Of a stretch of 64,000 bases of DNA, positions 32,601 through 47,868 are shown in pieces (the first letter of the stretch is position 1; the number at the start of each line of letters is the position of its first letter). The notes under the pieces are model-generated. The model did no database searches. It saw only the letters and a program-made list of their open reading frames with translations, and was not told where the DNA came from. The stretch is taken from the NCBI RefSeq assembly GCF_009914755.1, contig NC_060942.1; one strand, written 5' to 3'. Origin of the DNA: the human T2T-CHM13v2.0 reference genome, Homo sapiens. The translations under genes were made by a program, and so were the position numbers.

Positions 32601-33174
32601 TCTGAACATGTATAATACTCGTTACCTGAACTACAAGCTGGTATTTGATAAAATGTAATTGTAAAATACTAATATAACCCTCAAAATAACTATAAAGGCT
32701 TCAAAGGTAGTGCCTGATTTTGTTTATCTTGAGTCCATACCCATCTCCCATAATCGGAACAAATTACATGGGACACCCCTTAGAAGAGCCATAAACCACT
32801 GACAGTGGTACATATTCAATGCAAAGAAGAAAAGCCATATTCTCTCATCCCAAGAGGAGAACTTCCAGATACTTCAGAGGACATCTGGGCTTGAATATCA
32901 CTGGGGCATCTCAATCCAAGTCCTTTCACCCTCAAAGGTGCTCTTTCCCAGCCATCCTTATGAGTGGTTGGCAGCACCATCAATCCAGACACCAAATTAT
33001 GTCAGTTCTACTTCCTTTACAGTCTTATATCCACTTACTTCTCTTCATCGTTTTTAAAACTACCTTTTTGAAGTTGGAAATCAACTCTCATCTAGACTAT
33101 TTAAACAACTTCTTAATTGTCCTCTCTACTTTGCATCTCCTATTACCAGCCCTAAATTATTCCCTACAATGCAA

Positions 33175-33400
33175 CAGTGCAGTGGTTAAGGACAAGAACA
33201 AAGGAGTTGTATAAATTTATAGCCTGGGTATACATCTCCACTCACTAGCTGGGTGAACCTGGGCAACCTTCTTAACCTTTTTGCCTCAGTTTCTTCATTG
33301 CTAATGTAGAAATAATAACACAACTCTAATGGTTGATAAGAGGATTAAAGAAAGTAATACCTATAAAGAATTGTGAATTGTGTCCCGCTCAGAGAAAGGT
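33175..33400 (+). mobile_element. MIR
   Basis: ctgggtgaacctgggcaacc...gcctcagtttcttcat core. Confidence 0.7.
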
Positions 33401-34399
33401 TGCGTTATGTATGTGGAGGGCTGGGAGAGAGAAGCAAGGAGGGAACATTATGGATATATCAAGGGCTACAAAAATCACAGGATACACATGATGCAAAGTT
33501 CTAAAGCATTAGTATAACTTGAGGATTTGAGAAAACACATCTAAATATATATTATGGCATATTATTCAAAACTTGCATACTTACAACAAGAGATTTTAAT
33601 ACAAATTTTCCCTTGGGAAATTGGGGCGCTACAAAACATGCCTCCTAAAACCCCTGGGAAGTACAAATTTTCTTTCCTTCCCTATATGGTTCCAGACTTT
33701 TCTGGAACCACTGTAGGCATTCAATAAATGACGGTATTATTCAGCCACTCCCCAGTTAAAACTCTTCCAGTGACTCCCCGCTGACCTCTGGATAAAGTCT
33801 GAACAATGAACACTGGTGGACAGAGTCCTGGTTTACCCTCTCCAACACATTTGTCTCTACTAGCACCCAAGTTCCATGGTACTGCAGGCGGCCAAGAGCT
33901 CTACACTTTGCCTCCCTCGTTGCGGGACTTTTGTCTGCAACTACTCGGGCCCCTCTACACCCTCATCTCCTGGCCAATCCCTTTAGCCCTCAGTCTCTGA
34001 TAACCATCACTTCCTCTGGCGTGCCTCCTCTGGGTCCAACTCCTTTTCTCCCAGAGTTAGGCTAGGAGCCACCTGTGGTCCTACTACATTTACCACTGTC
34101 CTGGTTACCAGCCCGCGCCTCTCCTACTAAACTGTTAAGCTCTGTGCATAAGGGACTGTGTTGCCTTTCCCACTGGGTTATTTAGGCGTTCAATAAAGAT
34201 CGTGAATTAACTCATGAATCCCGGTGTCCACAGCTGGAAGGCCCCAACAACAAACTCTTTCAGCACCAACTCAACTTCCATCCCCCCATCTCTTGGCTGG
34301 GAAGGGGCCTCAAGACTGGTCACTGCACTCGGTTCTAAACCAAGTACCAGGGCCTTAAAAACGCCAAACTGACCAGGAGGGACGCTAGCTCCAAAATAC

Positions 34400-35060
34400 A
34401 GCCCAAGAGCACGCTTCGAGGAATGACTGACACACTAGCTTCACGATCCGCCCCGCAGAGACCCACAGCGCGCCTCGCGCCCAGCTATGCGCACGCGCGG
34501 GGCCACTGCAAAGAGGGCGGTTCCGACGCGGAAAACAGGGAATGCGCACAGAGCAAGAGCGCACGGCCCGGCTCGAGAGGAGGGGCGGCCTGGGGGCGCC
34601 ACTAGTAGTTCCCGAACCCTGTCACAAAATCTGCAGCCTCCCGGCCCCAATTGCGCTTCTTCCTCTTCAGTCCTACAGCGGCTTCTCACCCACACTCCGT
34701 ACGCCGTCCTCAGGAAAGGCCCCCGCTAATGGCAAAGCCAGCCACCCGCACTGGCCGCGGGTCCTCAGCCGGGATAGACAGCCCCGCTGCTGCCCGACGG
34801 ACGCCGGAAGTTGGGCCCTGGCCGCGCCGGAAGCCCCGGATTTCCCGGCTCCGCCCCACCCCTTCGCCCGGGATTTCCGCCGAGGCGGTGCAGCTACCGC
34901 GCCGTGTTGTCCTCTGTCTGCACCGCCGCTGACGGAAAGCTAGGCCCTTCTGGAGACCCGCTTTCCCAAGGGCGCGGCCTCCTGGGCCGGGATGCACGAG
35001 GAAAAATAATCCCCTGCCTTTCTTCGGTAGCTGTTTTCCAGTCCACAGCACCACTGCTGA
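34400..35060 (-). promoter_or_regulatory. CpG island, HDHD2 promoter
   Basis: GC/CpG-rich; ETS CCGGAAG at 34804 and 34827; NRF1 consensus TGCGCACGCGCG at 34488-34499; GC boxes. Confidence 0.9.
34690..34811 (-). other. HDHD2: Probable HDHD2 non-coding exon 1 (5' end approximate)
   Basis: Lies in the CpG island; best donor TGG|GTGAGA at 34690/34689; no ATG in the segment; start placed at the ETS motifs by inference. Confidence 0.65.
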
Positions 35061-36127
35061 ACCGAGCGTTACTGAGTAGCGTTCTTTGCCTTCACCCCTC
35101 CCTTCCTCTACCACTTGTCCACTCTCGAGGTTTAACTAAGAAGTCATACTTTACTAGACAACCCAATCTCAGAAGTCGTCATTTCCCCCTTAGCTACTTG
35201 AATAGTACCTGGCACCTCTTGCTTCCTCCATTAACTACTCCCTCGGGCAGCGACGTCCCTCCTTTCCCTCTTCTCTCCCGATTAGAGCCACTACGGGCCG
35301 TGCCTTCCTCTTCCACGGGAGCTCTATCTTGGTACACCCAGAACCACCTCCCTCCCTAACCCGCTGCCACACTCGTGGGGGTCTCTACCTGTCTCCTCTT
35401 GATCCAGGTAAGTTATGTGGACCTGAATAATAGAGTACAGAAAAGTCACTCTTATGCACTCACTATGAAAATGACTGAACAACTTTCTGGAGCCGTGTTG
35501 ACATAATAGGATACTCACTCGGGTTACACCTTATACAAGGGTTATACCCCTTGATAAAACCACTGCTCTGTCCTTGACTAGGGACCCATATATGCCACCC
35601 GTATGCCACAATCTAACACCCCCACTACCCAAGGCTGCAGTCAGCCCTGTTAGGAGCTGTGACCCATTCTGTCCCTTGGACTAGGAGCCATCTGCTTTTC
35701 CTCCCCACTGGATCTGAAGTTTTTTTGTCTTACTCATATATGCTAAGTTTAAGTTTTCTGTGTGAGGGTCTAATTGGTTGAAGGAAAAAGGATTTGGTCC
35801 TAGTTTCCCCTTATGAGCCAGCTGTCTTTGACCAGATTAAGACATCACCAAAGGATTTTAAGTGGGTAATATAAGAAGTGTATTTTTCTAAATGCTTCCT
35901 CTGCCTGCAGTATGAATAGATAGGAGAGATGCCAGAATGGGTGAGACCAGATAAGAGACCCACTGCAGGGCCACAAGAGAGATACTTGAACTAGAATGTG
36001 TGGAAACAAAGCAAAGAGGATAAATTCATAGGAGGCAAAACAGAAACTGGTGACAGATTAGATTGGGGTTAGGGAGAAGGCATCAATTATCAGGCTCCAA
36101 GACTAGGCAATTGGGTAGTGTAACTGA

Positions 36128-36428
36128 TTTTTTTTTTTTTTTTGGAGACAGGGCCTCACTCTGTCACCCAGGATGGAGTGCAGTGGCACAATCATGGCTC
36201 ACTGCAGCCATGACTTCCCAGGCTCAAGGGATCCTCCTGCCTCAGCCTCCCCAGACAGCTGGGACCACAGGTGCACACCACCACAACTGGCTAATTTTGA
36301 TTTTTGTAGACAGGGTGGGGTCCCACGATGTTGCCCAGGCTGGTCTCAAACTCCTGGGTTAAAGCAATTCTTCCACCTCAGCCTCCCAAAGTGCTGGGAT
36401 TACAGGCGCGGGCACCAATGCCTGGCCT
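36128..36428 (-). mobile_element. AluJ
   Basis: Reverse diverged Alu. Confidence 0.9.
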
Positions 36429-36760
36429 CATTCAGATTATGTGGAATCATGGGACAGGACTAATGGCTTTCTCCTCTCCAAATGGATCTACTTGATGAAA
36501 GGCAAGCTAAGAAGAAATTCAGCCCCTCCAAAGGGAGGGACTGGATTCAGAAAAAAAAAAAAAAAAAGGAGCGGGGGGGCAAAAAACCCAAAGGAGTGAA
36601 GCCATAAAGCAGTATCTGAACTGGAACAAAAACAGTAGGAAAAACTTATCTTGATCGTTGATACCCTTGGACATAGCCCACTGTGTCCCAGGTCCTTGCA
36701 TCGAATGTTTTCACAATATTTGACTTCTAATGAAAAATCAGGGGCCAAGAGAAATCTTAG

Positions 36761-37092
<332 letters not shown>

Positions 37093-37529
37093 CAAAATGT
37101 TACATTGGTAATAACTTAGAAACTAATAAATCAATGAGAAAGTGATTTGCTTCATAAGAAACATTTTACTTAAGGAGAACATCTCTTTGGTTGAAGCACA
37201 TCTAGATACAAACATTAGTGATCTGGAAAAGATATATATATATATCTGGACCAGACTTCTGTTCTGAAGGTTATTGACCAATTTTACAGATAGGACAACC
37301 AAAAACTACTGAGGTCTTAGGAAGTTTATTTGCTTTCAGTCACATGGTAAAAGGTTTGCTTGATATATTAGAAATATCTTGCCTCCTAGTCTTTTTACTA
37401 GTCAAATATCTTGCTTTCTCTTGTCATTTCACCAGTAATACACATCTAACACATATAGAACACAGATTGCCTACTCTTATTGTATCTAAAGCAAGGATTT
37501 TGATGGGGAGAGGAAGGTGGGGGAACTCA

Positions 37530-38049
37530 TTTAGCTTTTTATTTCAATAGCTTTAGGGGTACAAGTGGTTTCTGGTTACATGGATGAATTGTATAGTGGT
37601 GTAAAGTCTGAAATTTTAGTGCACCCATCACTGGACTACTGTACATTGTACTCAGTATGTAGTTTCTGTTTCCCTCACCCCCTCCCACCCTCCCTAAAGC
37701 AGGGATTTTGTTTTTTTATATTTTTACTTTTTTAACTTTTAGGGGTACAGTACATTTGTTAAATAGGTAAACTTGTGTCACGGGGGTTTGGCACAGATTA
37801 TTTCGTTATCCAGGTGCTAAGCCTAGTACCCAGTAATTTTTCTGGCACTCTTTCTCACCCTCCACCCTCAAATAGCCCCCAGTGTCTGTTGTCCCCCTCC
37901 TTATGTCCATGAGGTCTTATCATTTAGCTCCCACTTATAAGTAATAACGTGGTATTTGGTTTTCTGTTCCTACATTAGTTTGTTAAGGATGATGGCTTCC
38001 AGCTCCATCCATGTTCCCACAGAAGGTATTATCTAATTCTTTTTTATGG
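37530..38049 (-). mobile_element. Two tandem L1 3'-end fragments
   Basis: Two successive reverse L1 3'UTR ends separated and flanked by ctaaagca(a/g)ggatttt copies. Confidence 0.8.
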
Positions 38050-39369
38050 CTAAAGCAGGGATTTTTATAAGATACTTTTTAGCTATATTTTTGAAAATTT
38101 AGGGTTTTATGGAAATGCCTTGGGAAGCCTGACAAGAGTGCAGTGGAGGCTGAATAGTGAGCCTTTGAATCCCAGCTCTACTTCAACTAAAAACAAATAA
38201 ATGGACCTACTCTCATCTGGTTTAGATACGGGAATGTTACAGTTCTGTGTCAGAATTCCTTTGAAAATCTGGTTCTGCTGTTAACTATAAAAGTTTGAAA
38301 ACCACTGTACTTGATTAGCGATGAATTTGGTTAATATCTACAGACTAGAGCCAAGAACCTTCGCACAGTTCAGAGACATGCAAACACAGGGCCAGAATAC
38401 ATAAGGACTATAAACATCATCGGTATTTGGAGTCCAGAATCATCACAAATTGTTAATCCTGGTAATAGATAAAGGGGAGGACATGGGCAGGCCAACAGGC
38501 ACTTAAGTTACTGTCTACTAAAATAACACACTCTGTTTACTGAATCACAACTGCTCTGGGGAAACCAGGGCTGACCAGTGAAAGCTTACAGACCCCTCTT
38601 CAGCCACAAACTGGAATTATGAAGTGGCCTCCAGATATGACATATTTTGATGTTCAGTTCAGTGCTTCACTTTCCTCAGAACTACTTGGCTACAGAATAC
38701 TTTGATCCTGGCCCTTCTGTGACTGCTCCCTGATGGAATATTTGGACAAAATCCCAACACTGAATTAAGATGAAGGTATGCTGTAATGTCTTATATGAAA
38801 AATAACATCAGATCAAGGTCTCTCTTTTCTTTCATTTTAAAAAATTTTGTACTGCTCATACCATATGGGGAAATGGGCCTGCCCTCAAGTAACTGCTTCT
38901 TTTGAATCTTTTCAGTAGCTCAAACTTGAACTCAGGCATCAGTTCTTTGTAAGGCTAAAAGAACACGGCCTCTAAGTACCAAATTAGTCATTCACATGAG
39001 CCAAGTAATCAACTAAGAATCCTTGGTACTTTCCTTGGACTAGCTGCAAGCCTATAGTCCAAAGATCACTGATCTCTAACTTAGGAAAGGCCAAAAGGTA
39101 CTTAATACCTGCTCCATAGTTTTAGAAGTAACTGAAGTCATGAAATAAAAGGTGCTCATGAGTCTTCTGGATGTATGTCAGCAATTCAGTTAATTCACTG
39201 AAGAAAAAAAAATACATGTAAATATTTACTTTCATTAACTCTATACTCGGCAATTTTACAGCAAAGAACATATAATAAGAGGTGTTCACCCAAATTGGAG
39301 ATTAATGCAGTTAACACTGACAGGTTTATACTAAGGTACAAAAACAAGTGCTTGACTTAGAAATTTAAC

Positions 39370-39375
39370 TTTATT
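39370..39375 (-). terminator. IER3IP1: Probable IER3IP1 polyadenylation signal
   Basis: AATAAA on the minus strand ~1.1 kb after the stop, followed by a T/GT-rich element (cttgtttttgt); other AATAAA at 40357-40362 and 37325-37330. Confidence 0.55.
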
Positions 39376-40486
39376 TACAAATGTTCTCCTATAAACAAAG
39401 ATGCCATTCTACACCTTTAAAATATTGTAACTGATAATTTCCATAAAAACCATTTACATAGTTTCAACCTTTCTGCATAAAACTGTATTATGAGATAGGC
39501 AAACAATCTCACAAGATGGTCTGAGACATAAAAACAAAAGACAACCTATCCAGCATCAATGTCCTATTGACAAACTCAATGAAGAATTAAGAATCACACT
39601 CCACAATGTGCTGCTCCACCAAGAAATAGAAATGTAATGATTTTTTGAAAGGTAAATGCTTCACAATAAACAGTCTTCTTGGGTAGTACAGTGTAATTGT
39701 GATTGTTTAGGACTGCTCTTGTGGGCTAATATTTACGCTGTTGTTTTTTTTAAATCATCATTGTAAAAAGGGCAGACTTATAGATTTTTCTGACAATGAA
39801 AATCTGTAGACACTGGTCTGGTCTCATCATTCAGGCAAATTAATAAAATAACAAGTGCATGGAAAGAATGTTAAACAAAAACATAATCATCATGTGACTG
39901 ACAGAATTCTCCCTGAAATCAGAGAATATTAATACTCAATAGTATGTATAAATTTGAATTTATAGCTGAGACAATAGACAAAATAATTAACCAAGGAGCT
40001 TAAAATAAAATTATTCAAATTACCTATTTATCATTTTATGTGCAGTAATTACTTTTTAAAAATCCTTTTAATTTTATCTAGGGATAACCACTCACATCAT
40101 GGCTAAGTTGCAAGGAACTTCAAAACTTTGAAAAAGAATTTCATCCCTGAGAAGTGAGAGATAGAAAAATATCTAAAAAAAGAGAAGCAACAGTCTTGCA
40201 CCCTTTTAACAATCTCACCACAGCATGAACTACTATTAACACTGAGCAATCAGATATTCCAGTCCTGGAGAGTTACTGCCTTTCATGATCTGATCTTTTG
40301 TAATGAAACTACAAGTGCAACATTAAAAAAAAAAACAGATAAATAGAAACCCTGGTTTTATTTTCAGCTTTACATTTTTGACAAGTGCAAGGTCAGCCAG
40401 CTAAGATATAAATATTCCAATAATGACCAAAGTAATAACTTCTACTGGCATGTCCTCTTCTGAGTCTCCATTTTCTCCACTGATAT

Positions 40487-40542
40487 TCATCCAAATAATA
40501 AAAGTAACACAATTGCAATTGAGTTTACTATTATCAATGGCA
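40487..40542 (-). CDS. IER3IP1: IER3IP1 exon 3 CDS
   Basis: Long polypyrimidine tract plus tacAG; (V)PLIIVNSIAIVLLLLFG-TGA; total CDS 91+102+56=249 nt, 82 aa. Confidence 0.97.
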
Positions 40543-41062
40543 CTGTAAAGAGAAAAAAAAAAGTTTGTTACTATAAAGAAAAAACAGAGAAAAAACCAGA
40601 AAATAATAATTAGCCTCCAGGAACAATAGAAATATCTAACAATATGTCATCATAATCATGTTGTAAAAAGTTATAACAAAGAAACATTCTAAAATACATT
40701 GGATCATGAGATCCAAAACTTATTTTAAAGAGAACTTGTATAACTGGGAGTAAGGGTTGCACTGGAACAGCTAGATCAATGTGAAACATCTGTGGATAGT
40801 CCCGGTGCAACCCCAAGAACATGAGTGCATTGGAGCCTGGCAGACGTAGACCCACAGGGTTGCCACTGACACTTGATATTAGAAATATAGTGCATAGAAG
40901 ATTCTGTAGTGTCATTTTACTACATTAAAAATGAACTTATTTAACATTGTATCCAAGGTTGTGAGTAAAGGGAGAAGAGGTACTAATTATAATGGTTTTA
41001 AATAAAAGATTTTTGAACTCTTTTTTTCTTGAATTGCTCAAAAATATTTTCCAATAGAATGA

Positions 41063-41399
<337 letters not shown>

Positions 41400-41744
41400 T
41401 TTCTCTTGGAAACCTCCCAATACTGTATGTGATTTTACAACTTGGAAACAACAGTTTCCAAAAGGCAAGAATATAATTTTGTCTTTTAGCTCTGACAGGT
41501 AACACACAAACAGATTATATGTATTATACTAAGCATTCTATTTGTACCAACTGGCTTAGATAGAAGTAAGAAGCAAACTAAGAAAAAAAAAAAAAAAACC
41601 CAGTAACTTTCAAGCAGCAAAGCCATGTTAAAGAGAAAAAAAATTCCCACTACAAATGGCATATATGGTATTCACACTCAGAAGCCTTGCTACTTAAACC
41701 ACAACATTAAAACTTAAGAATGCTCTATTAGCTTTTCTTCTTAC

Positions 41745-41846
41745 CTCTCATCACGGTTCTTACAGATCGAATAAGGTTCATTAGCTGTGATTTAATTCCC
41801 GGCTCTTCTCCAAATCCACCAATTCCCTGGTCTGTTCCCCAGCCAA
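41745..41846 (-). CDS. IER3IP1: IER3IP1 exon 2
   Basis: tacAG acceptor; (I)GWGTDQGIGGFGEEPGIKSQLMNLIRSVRTVMR; GTAAGA donor; 102 nt, phase 1-1. Confidence 0.97.
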
Positions 41847-42519
41847 CTGTATAATGTAAAGATTAGCTGTGTTAAAAGTTATTACACACTTGCCTTCCTC
41901 CCTGTCATCTTCTAAAAGATTAGTTTGAGACCTTGTTAAAGACAAAGTAGAAAGTCATATGACTTTTAAGAAAAGTTAAAACAATAATGAGTTAAATATT
42001 TGTTTTCTTTTTAACTTTTGATAGCAGCAACACCCTCATTTCACTACATTTACACTGATTTTATAAAACAAACTACAATCTAAATTATTCCATGGCATTT
42101 AATTTAGTGAAGATGATCTTTGTAACTGTTTTTTTCTCCTTTTTTTAAAATATCATACAAAATACTTCTCAAGTCACAACTAAAAACCAAAGCATACTGT
42201 CAAGCTATATAATTATTATAATTAGCTCAATTCAGAATTTATAAAATCCATCACAATCATTAATATAAAAATGCTGTAGCTGAGAATCACTGTCTACATT
42301 ACTTGGGGAAACTTTTAAAGTAAACCTGGTAAAGTGGGAGTCAATCATAATACCAAAATACACAAATCTTTTCAAACACCAGGATACCAAATCTTGAAAA
42401 TCCAAAAGATCAAAATCCTGAAGTCTAAAATCCCCAAAATGACAAGAAATATCAAAATCTCAAAAACGTAATTCTAGGAAGAATACTTTTTTAGATTCTT
42501 TTTCAAAAATTACCATAAT

Positions 42520-43277
<758 letters not shown>

Positions 43278-44188
43278 TTTTTTTTAAAGAGGCAAATGTG
43301 TCATTTGAGAAACATAAAAACACAACAGAACACTTCAAAGGCCACTTTACACAAAAAAATAGGCAATGACAGCATATATATATTTTTGCAGCACTAAGGT
43401 ATGCTAATGACAGTCACACAGGTATAACAGCCATGAGCAGGTGAACCATATTCACAAAGAGGTCAAAAAGGAAATGTATAAACACATTATCACTATGGTT
43501 AGTAAGTGTGCTCACCTAGCTTTATCTAACTGTGGTCATCTGAAGTACTGTGACAAACAACCTAAGTCTTTTGACAGATCAAAAACTACAGTAGGTCACC
43601 ATTGCATATGCAATTGCCCAAAGAGCCAAGATAACAAGAAATTTTATTTTTCACTAATGCAGACAGATATAAAGAACCTTTCTTTATTTACTGAGGAAGT
43701 TTCAACGTTTTTACATGCATGCACAATGCCTAAACACAAAGTCAACACTGTGGTAATGTACTTTTGCAGTCAAATTTGCAAAGAATGCATAAAACAAATT
43801 AGAACTCTCAAAAGTCTCTACACAGTTTATACCTCCAGTATTGCAAATGATGTAAAGATGAAATACATAGCATTGGGAATTGTAAAAAATCATGCTGACA
43901 ATTGAAAATAGTGAAAACAACTGAAAAAGAAAAAGAAGAAAGCTGAAAAAAATCAACATGTGATAATGTGTTATTACAGGGAGAGATTATGGGCAATTGC
44001 ATGGAGATATTCCTTAAGAGCTGGTTGGCTTTCTCCATCATTAACTATATTTTGATGTCCTACGTCACAATGAATAGCTGCTTTTTTTTTTCTTTTAGGA
44101 CATGGCTCTCCTCAGACAAAATGTTCACGTTCATTTTCTAGGTGGCACTTGCTCTTTTTGAAATTCTTCTATGGTTTGATATACATCA

Positions 44189-44656
<468 letters not shown>

Positions 44657-45947
44657 TTACCCTACTATGCACATAATTATTTTTGAACCAGTCAGTAACT
44701 TCGCTGGCTTCTTCAGGCAAATGCGGGTTCAATTCACTAAAAGTTCCTGGAATGCCATCGGCTGGAAGGAATGCTAACGCAGGCAAATGACACATTTTTA
44801 AACTGAAGTTTTCACCACTGCAGCATCTGGTAGCCAATCCACTCACCTGAATTTCCCACCAAATGCAAATAAAGACAAGAACATGGTAATAGTTCCGCCT
44901 AACATGATGCACCTAACATGATATAACTATCCTGTTTATACCCAAAAACACACTAATCCCTTCCCCAAAATTCAGCTTTCAAGATTTCAACATTCAGGAT
45001 TTTAATCTTTTGGGGTTCAAAACATTAGGAATTATGGCATCCAGGACTTTTGAGATTATGATCCAAACCTGTAATAGCTTGGTTAGGCTTCCAAAACATG
45101 CTCTAGCCTGCCAGGAGGACATATCTTTTTTCCCCTTTTTCCTTGATCATTCCTCTTCATTTATTAATTTTGAGTTGAGGAATTTAGCCCACTACCCCTC
45201 TTATTCTCTGTGAGTCTTTTACATTCTTTTGTTATTCTCCCATGATACTACAAATCATTATTTCTTCACCCTTACGCATTAATTCTATTGTGTGACACAT
45301 TCTTCTGAAGACTTACATGTCCTCATTTCTGCAATTTGTCCTTCTCTTGTCCTCATTTCAGGTCCACTTTTTCCTATCTCATATGACTACAGGGCTTAAT
45401 TAATTCCTGACACGCTAACCCTTAAACTTGAAGAGAACAGTTTTTTTAAATAGATATACCTGAAAGACTCAAATATCAGGAAATAAGACTTCACTTTTAA
45501 TCAACTTTTATTTGGTTGAAATAAAATGCTAAATAATGGTTGTTTGCTTTTTTGTCACTGAGATATGCTGTGGTATAAAACTAATTTAAAATTCAAGTTT
45601 ACAACAGGGCTGTTGTTGACTCCTACTCACTCTTCACAGAACCTAGCTCAGGTTCTGCTTATAGCGCTTCCAGTCCACAGGGGTTTCGTTCTTTTTTGAA
45701 TTCCCATAGTACAACTACCATCACAGTTGTCACTATCGCAGCCTTTGCTATCTCTTGCAAGACTCTTTCAATAGATAACCTTGTAATCTTGATGTCTCAA
45801 CCCTTTGAGTTTTCTCCCTTAAAGGGTTAGATCTTGCTACCTCGATTCCCATTGCCTACTGAATAAGGACCAAACTCCTTAAATTGACATTCTAGTTTTA
45901 TATCCTACCACACCCTTCCAAGTATTCCTATTTGCAGTCAGTTACTC

Positions 45948-46487
45948 CAGCAGTCCCCAACCTTTGTGGCACCAGGGACTGGTTTCATGGAAGACAATTT
46001 TTCCACAGATGGGTTGGGGGGTGGTGGTGGTTTCAGGATGATTCCAGTGCATTACATTTATTGTGTACTTTATTTCTATTATTATTACATTGTAATACAT
46101 ACTGTAATAATTATACAACTCACCATAATGTAGAATCAGTGAGAGCCCTAAGTTTGTTTTCCTGCAACTAGATGGCCCCAACTGGGGATGATGGGAGACA
46201 GTGATAGATCATCAGGCATTAGATTCTTACAAGGAGTACACAACCTAGATCCCTAGCATGCACAGTTCACAACAGGGTTCATGTTCCTATGAGAATCTAA
46301 TGCCATCACTGACCTAACAAGAGGCAGAGCTCAGGCACTAATGTGGGCCATGGGGAGTGGCTGTAAATACAGATGATACTTAGTTCACTCATCTGCCACT
46401 CACCTCCTGCTGGGTGGCCCAGTTCCTAATAGGTCCGTGAGAGTAATTTAGGGGTCCCCAACCCCCAGGCCACAGACCTATTAGGAA
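45948..46487 (+). mobile_element. MER1A (hAT-Charlie) with inverted terminal segment
   Basis: cagcagtccccaacctttgtggcaccagggactggtttcatggaagacaatttttcc start; the right end appears reverse-complemented at 46450-46487. Confidence 0.88.
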
Positions 46488-47310
46488 AATTATTCTGGAA
46501 ATTGGCCAGTTGTCGGAAGAAAGACTTCCTCCCAATACTGACATTTGGGGGCCTCACCTCAATGAAATAGCCAATTTCTTCATTCACTTAACACTGAGAC
46601 ACCAGTAAACAAGCCCTGACTACACACATGGAACTTCCAAAGAGCTTCTCAGTCCCTTACAATTAAACAAATAGTCAAGAAAGAACAATTCTTAATATGG
46701 AAAGACATATCAAATAGAAATGGAGACTAAGGAAGAGAAGATGCAAGAAGTAGAAAAATGCATTTTTTAAATGAACATCCTTAGATAAAAGCCATTGTAG
46801 CTATGAAACAAAAACAGAATACCCTAAGAACAGATCCCATCCAGGGATCAAGCAGCTCTTGCTACATTAGGATTAAAAGTTCAAAAACAGGGGTTGAAAG
46901 ATGAAATTAAGAACACCTACCAAACACAATTGAAGAAAAAAGAAAATTGGAGTATAAATCTGTCAAAATAATCAGTTCCAAAAAGAAAGAAAAAAAAAGA
47001 GGCAATTATTGAAGAAATAATAAGTGAAAAGATCCCCAAACGAAGGACATGAGCCTTTTTAGCCAAAAGGGTCCAATCAGAAAACAGCCCAATGAATGAG
47101 AAAATTAAAAGGTACAATGTCTTCAAAACTCTGCAGAAAAATTAGTTTCAATCTAGAATGCTATATCTACATCACAAATCAACTATAAGAATAAAAGTCA
47201 TTTTTTTTTACCATTCAGCTATGAGCAATATTCATAGTGATAATGTAAATATGGAATGCTGATATAACCAATAATTGGTTGGAGAAGGGAGAGTTTGAGA
47301 AGTATGTGTA

Positions 47311-47868
47311 CAGTAATCCCCCCTTATCTATGGGGCATATACTCCAAGATCCCCAGGGGATGCCTGAAACCATAGATAGTACCAAACCCTATATATACTA
47401 TATATATTTTTCCTATATATGCACACCTCTGGTAAAGTTTAATTTATAAATTAGACATAGTAAGAGATTAATAACAGTAACTCATAATAAAATAGAGTAA
47501 TTATAACAATATGCCAACATCACTGCTCTTACACTTTAGGGTCATTATTAAGTAAAATAAGGGTTAAACATAAGCACTGCGATATTACAACATTTACTCT
47601 GATAACCAAGACAACTGCTAAGTGACTAACAGCTAGCTGAGGCAGGCAGCATACATAGCACGGAGATGCTGGACAAATGAGTAATTCATGTCCCAGGTGG
47701 AATGGAATAGGACGGTGCAAGACTTCATCATGCTACTCATAACAGCCCACAATTTAAAGTGTATAAATTACTTATTTCTGGAATTTCCCATTTCAGTATT
47801 TTCAGACTGTGATTGACTGCATGTAACTGAAACTGTGGAAAGCGAAACTGTGAAATAAGGGAGGACTA
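47311..47868 (-). mobile_element. MER44/Tigger7-family element
   Basis: TA|cagtaatccccccttatc ... gaaataagggaggactag|TA inverted ends. Confidence 0.8.

Noticed and set aside
34423-35359. Cluster of overlapping 60-182 aa ORFs on both strands
   Set aside because: CpG-island composition (Pro/Arg/Ala/Gly-rich) with no recognisable domain
42380-42470. Short spaced aaaatc repeats resembling an array
   Set aside because: Subterminal repeats of the MULE element; no constant repeat with unique spacers, and the context is eukaryotic, so not CRISPR
43441-43905. 154-aa plus-strand ORF
   Set aside because: Lies inside the Ricksha-like element, GTG start, no recognisable domain
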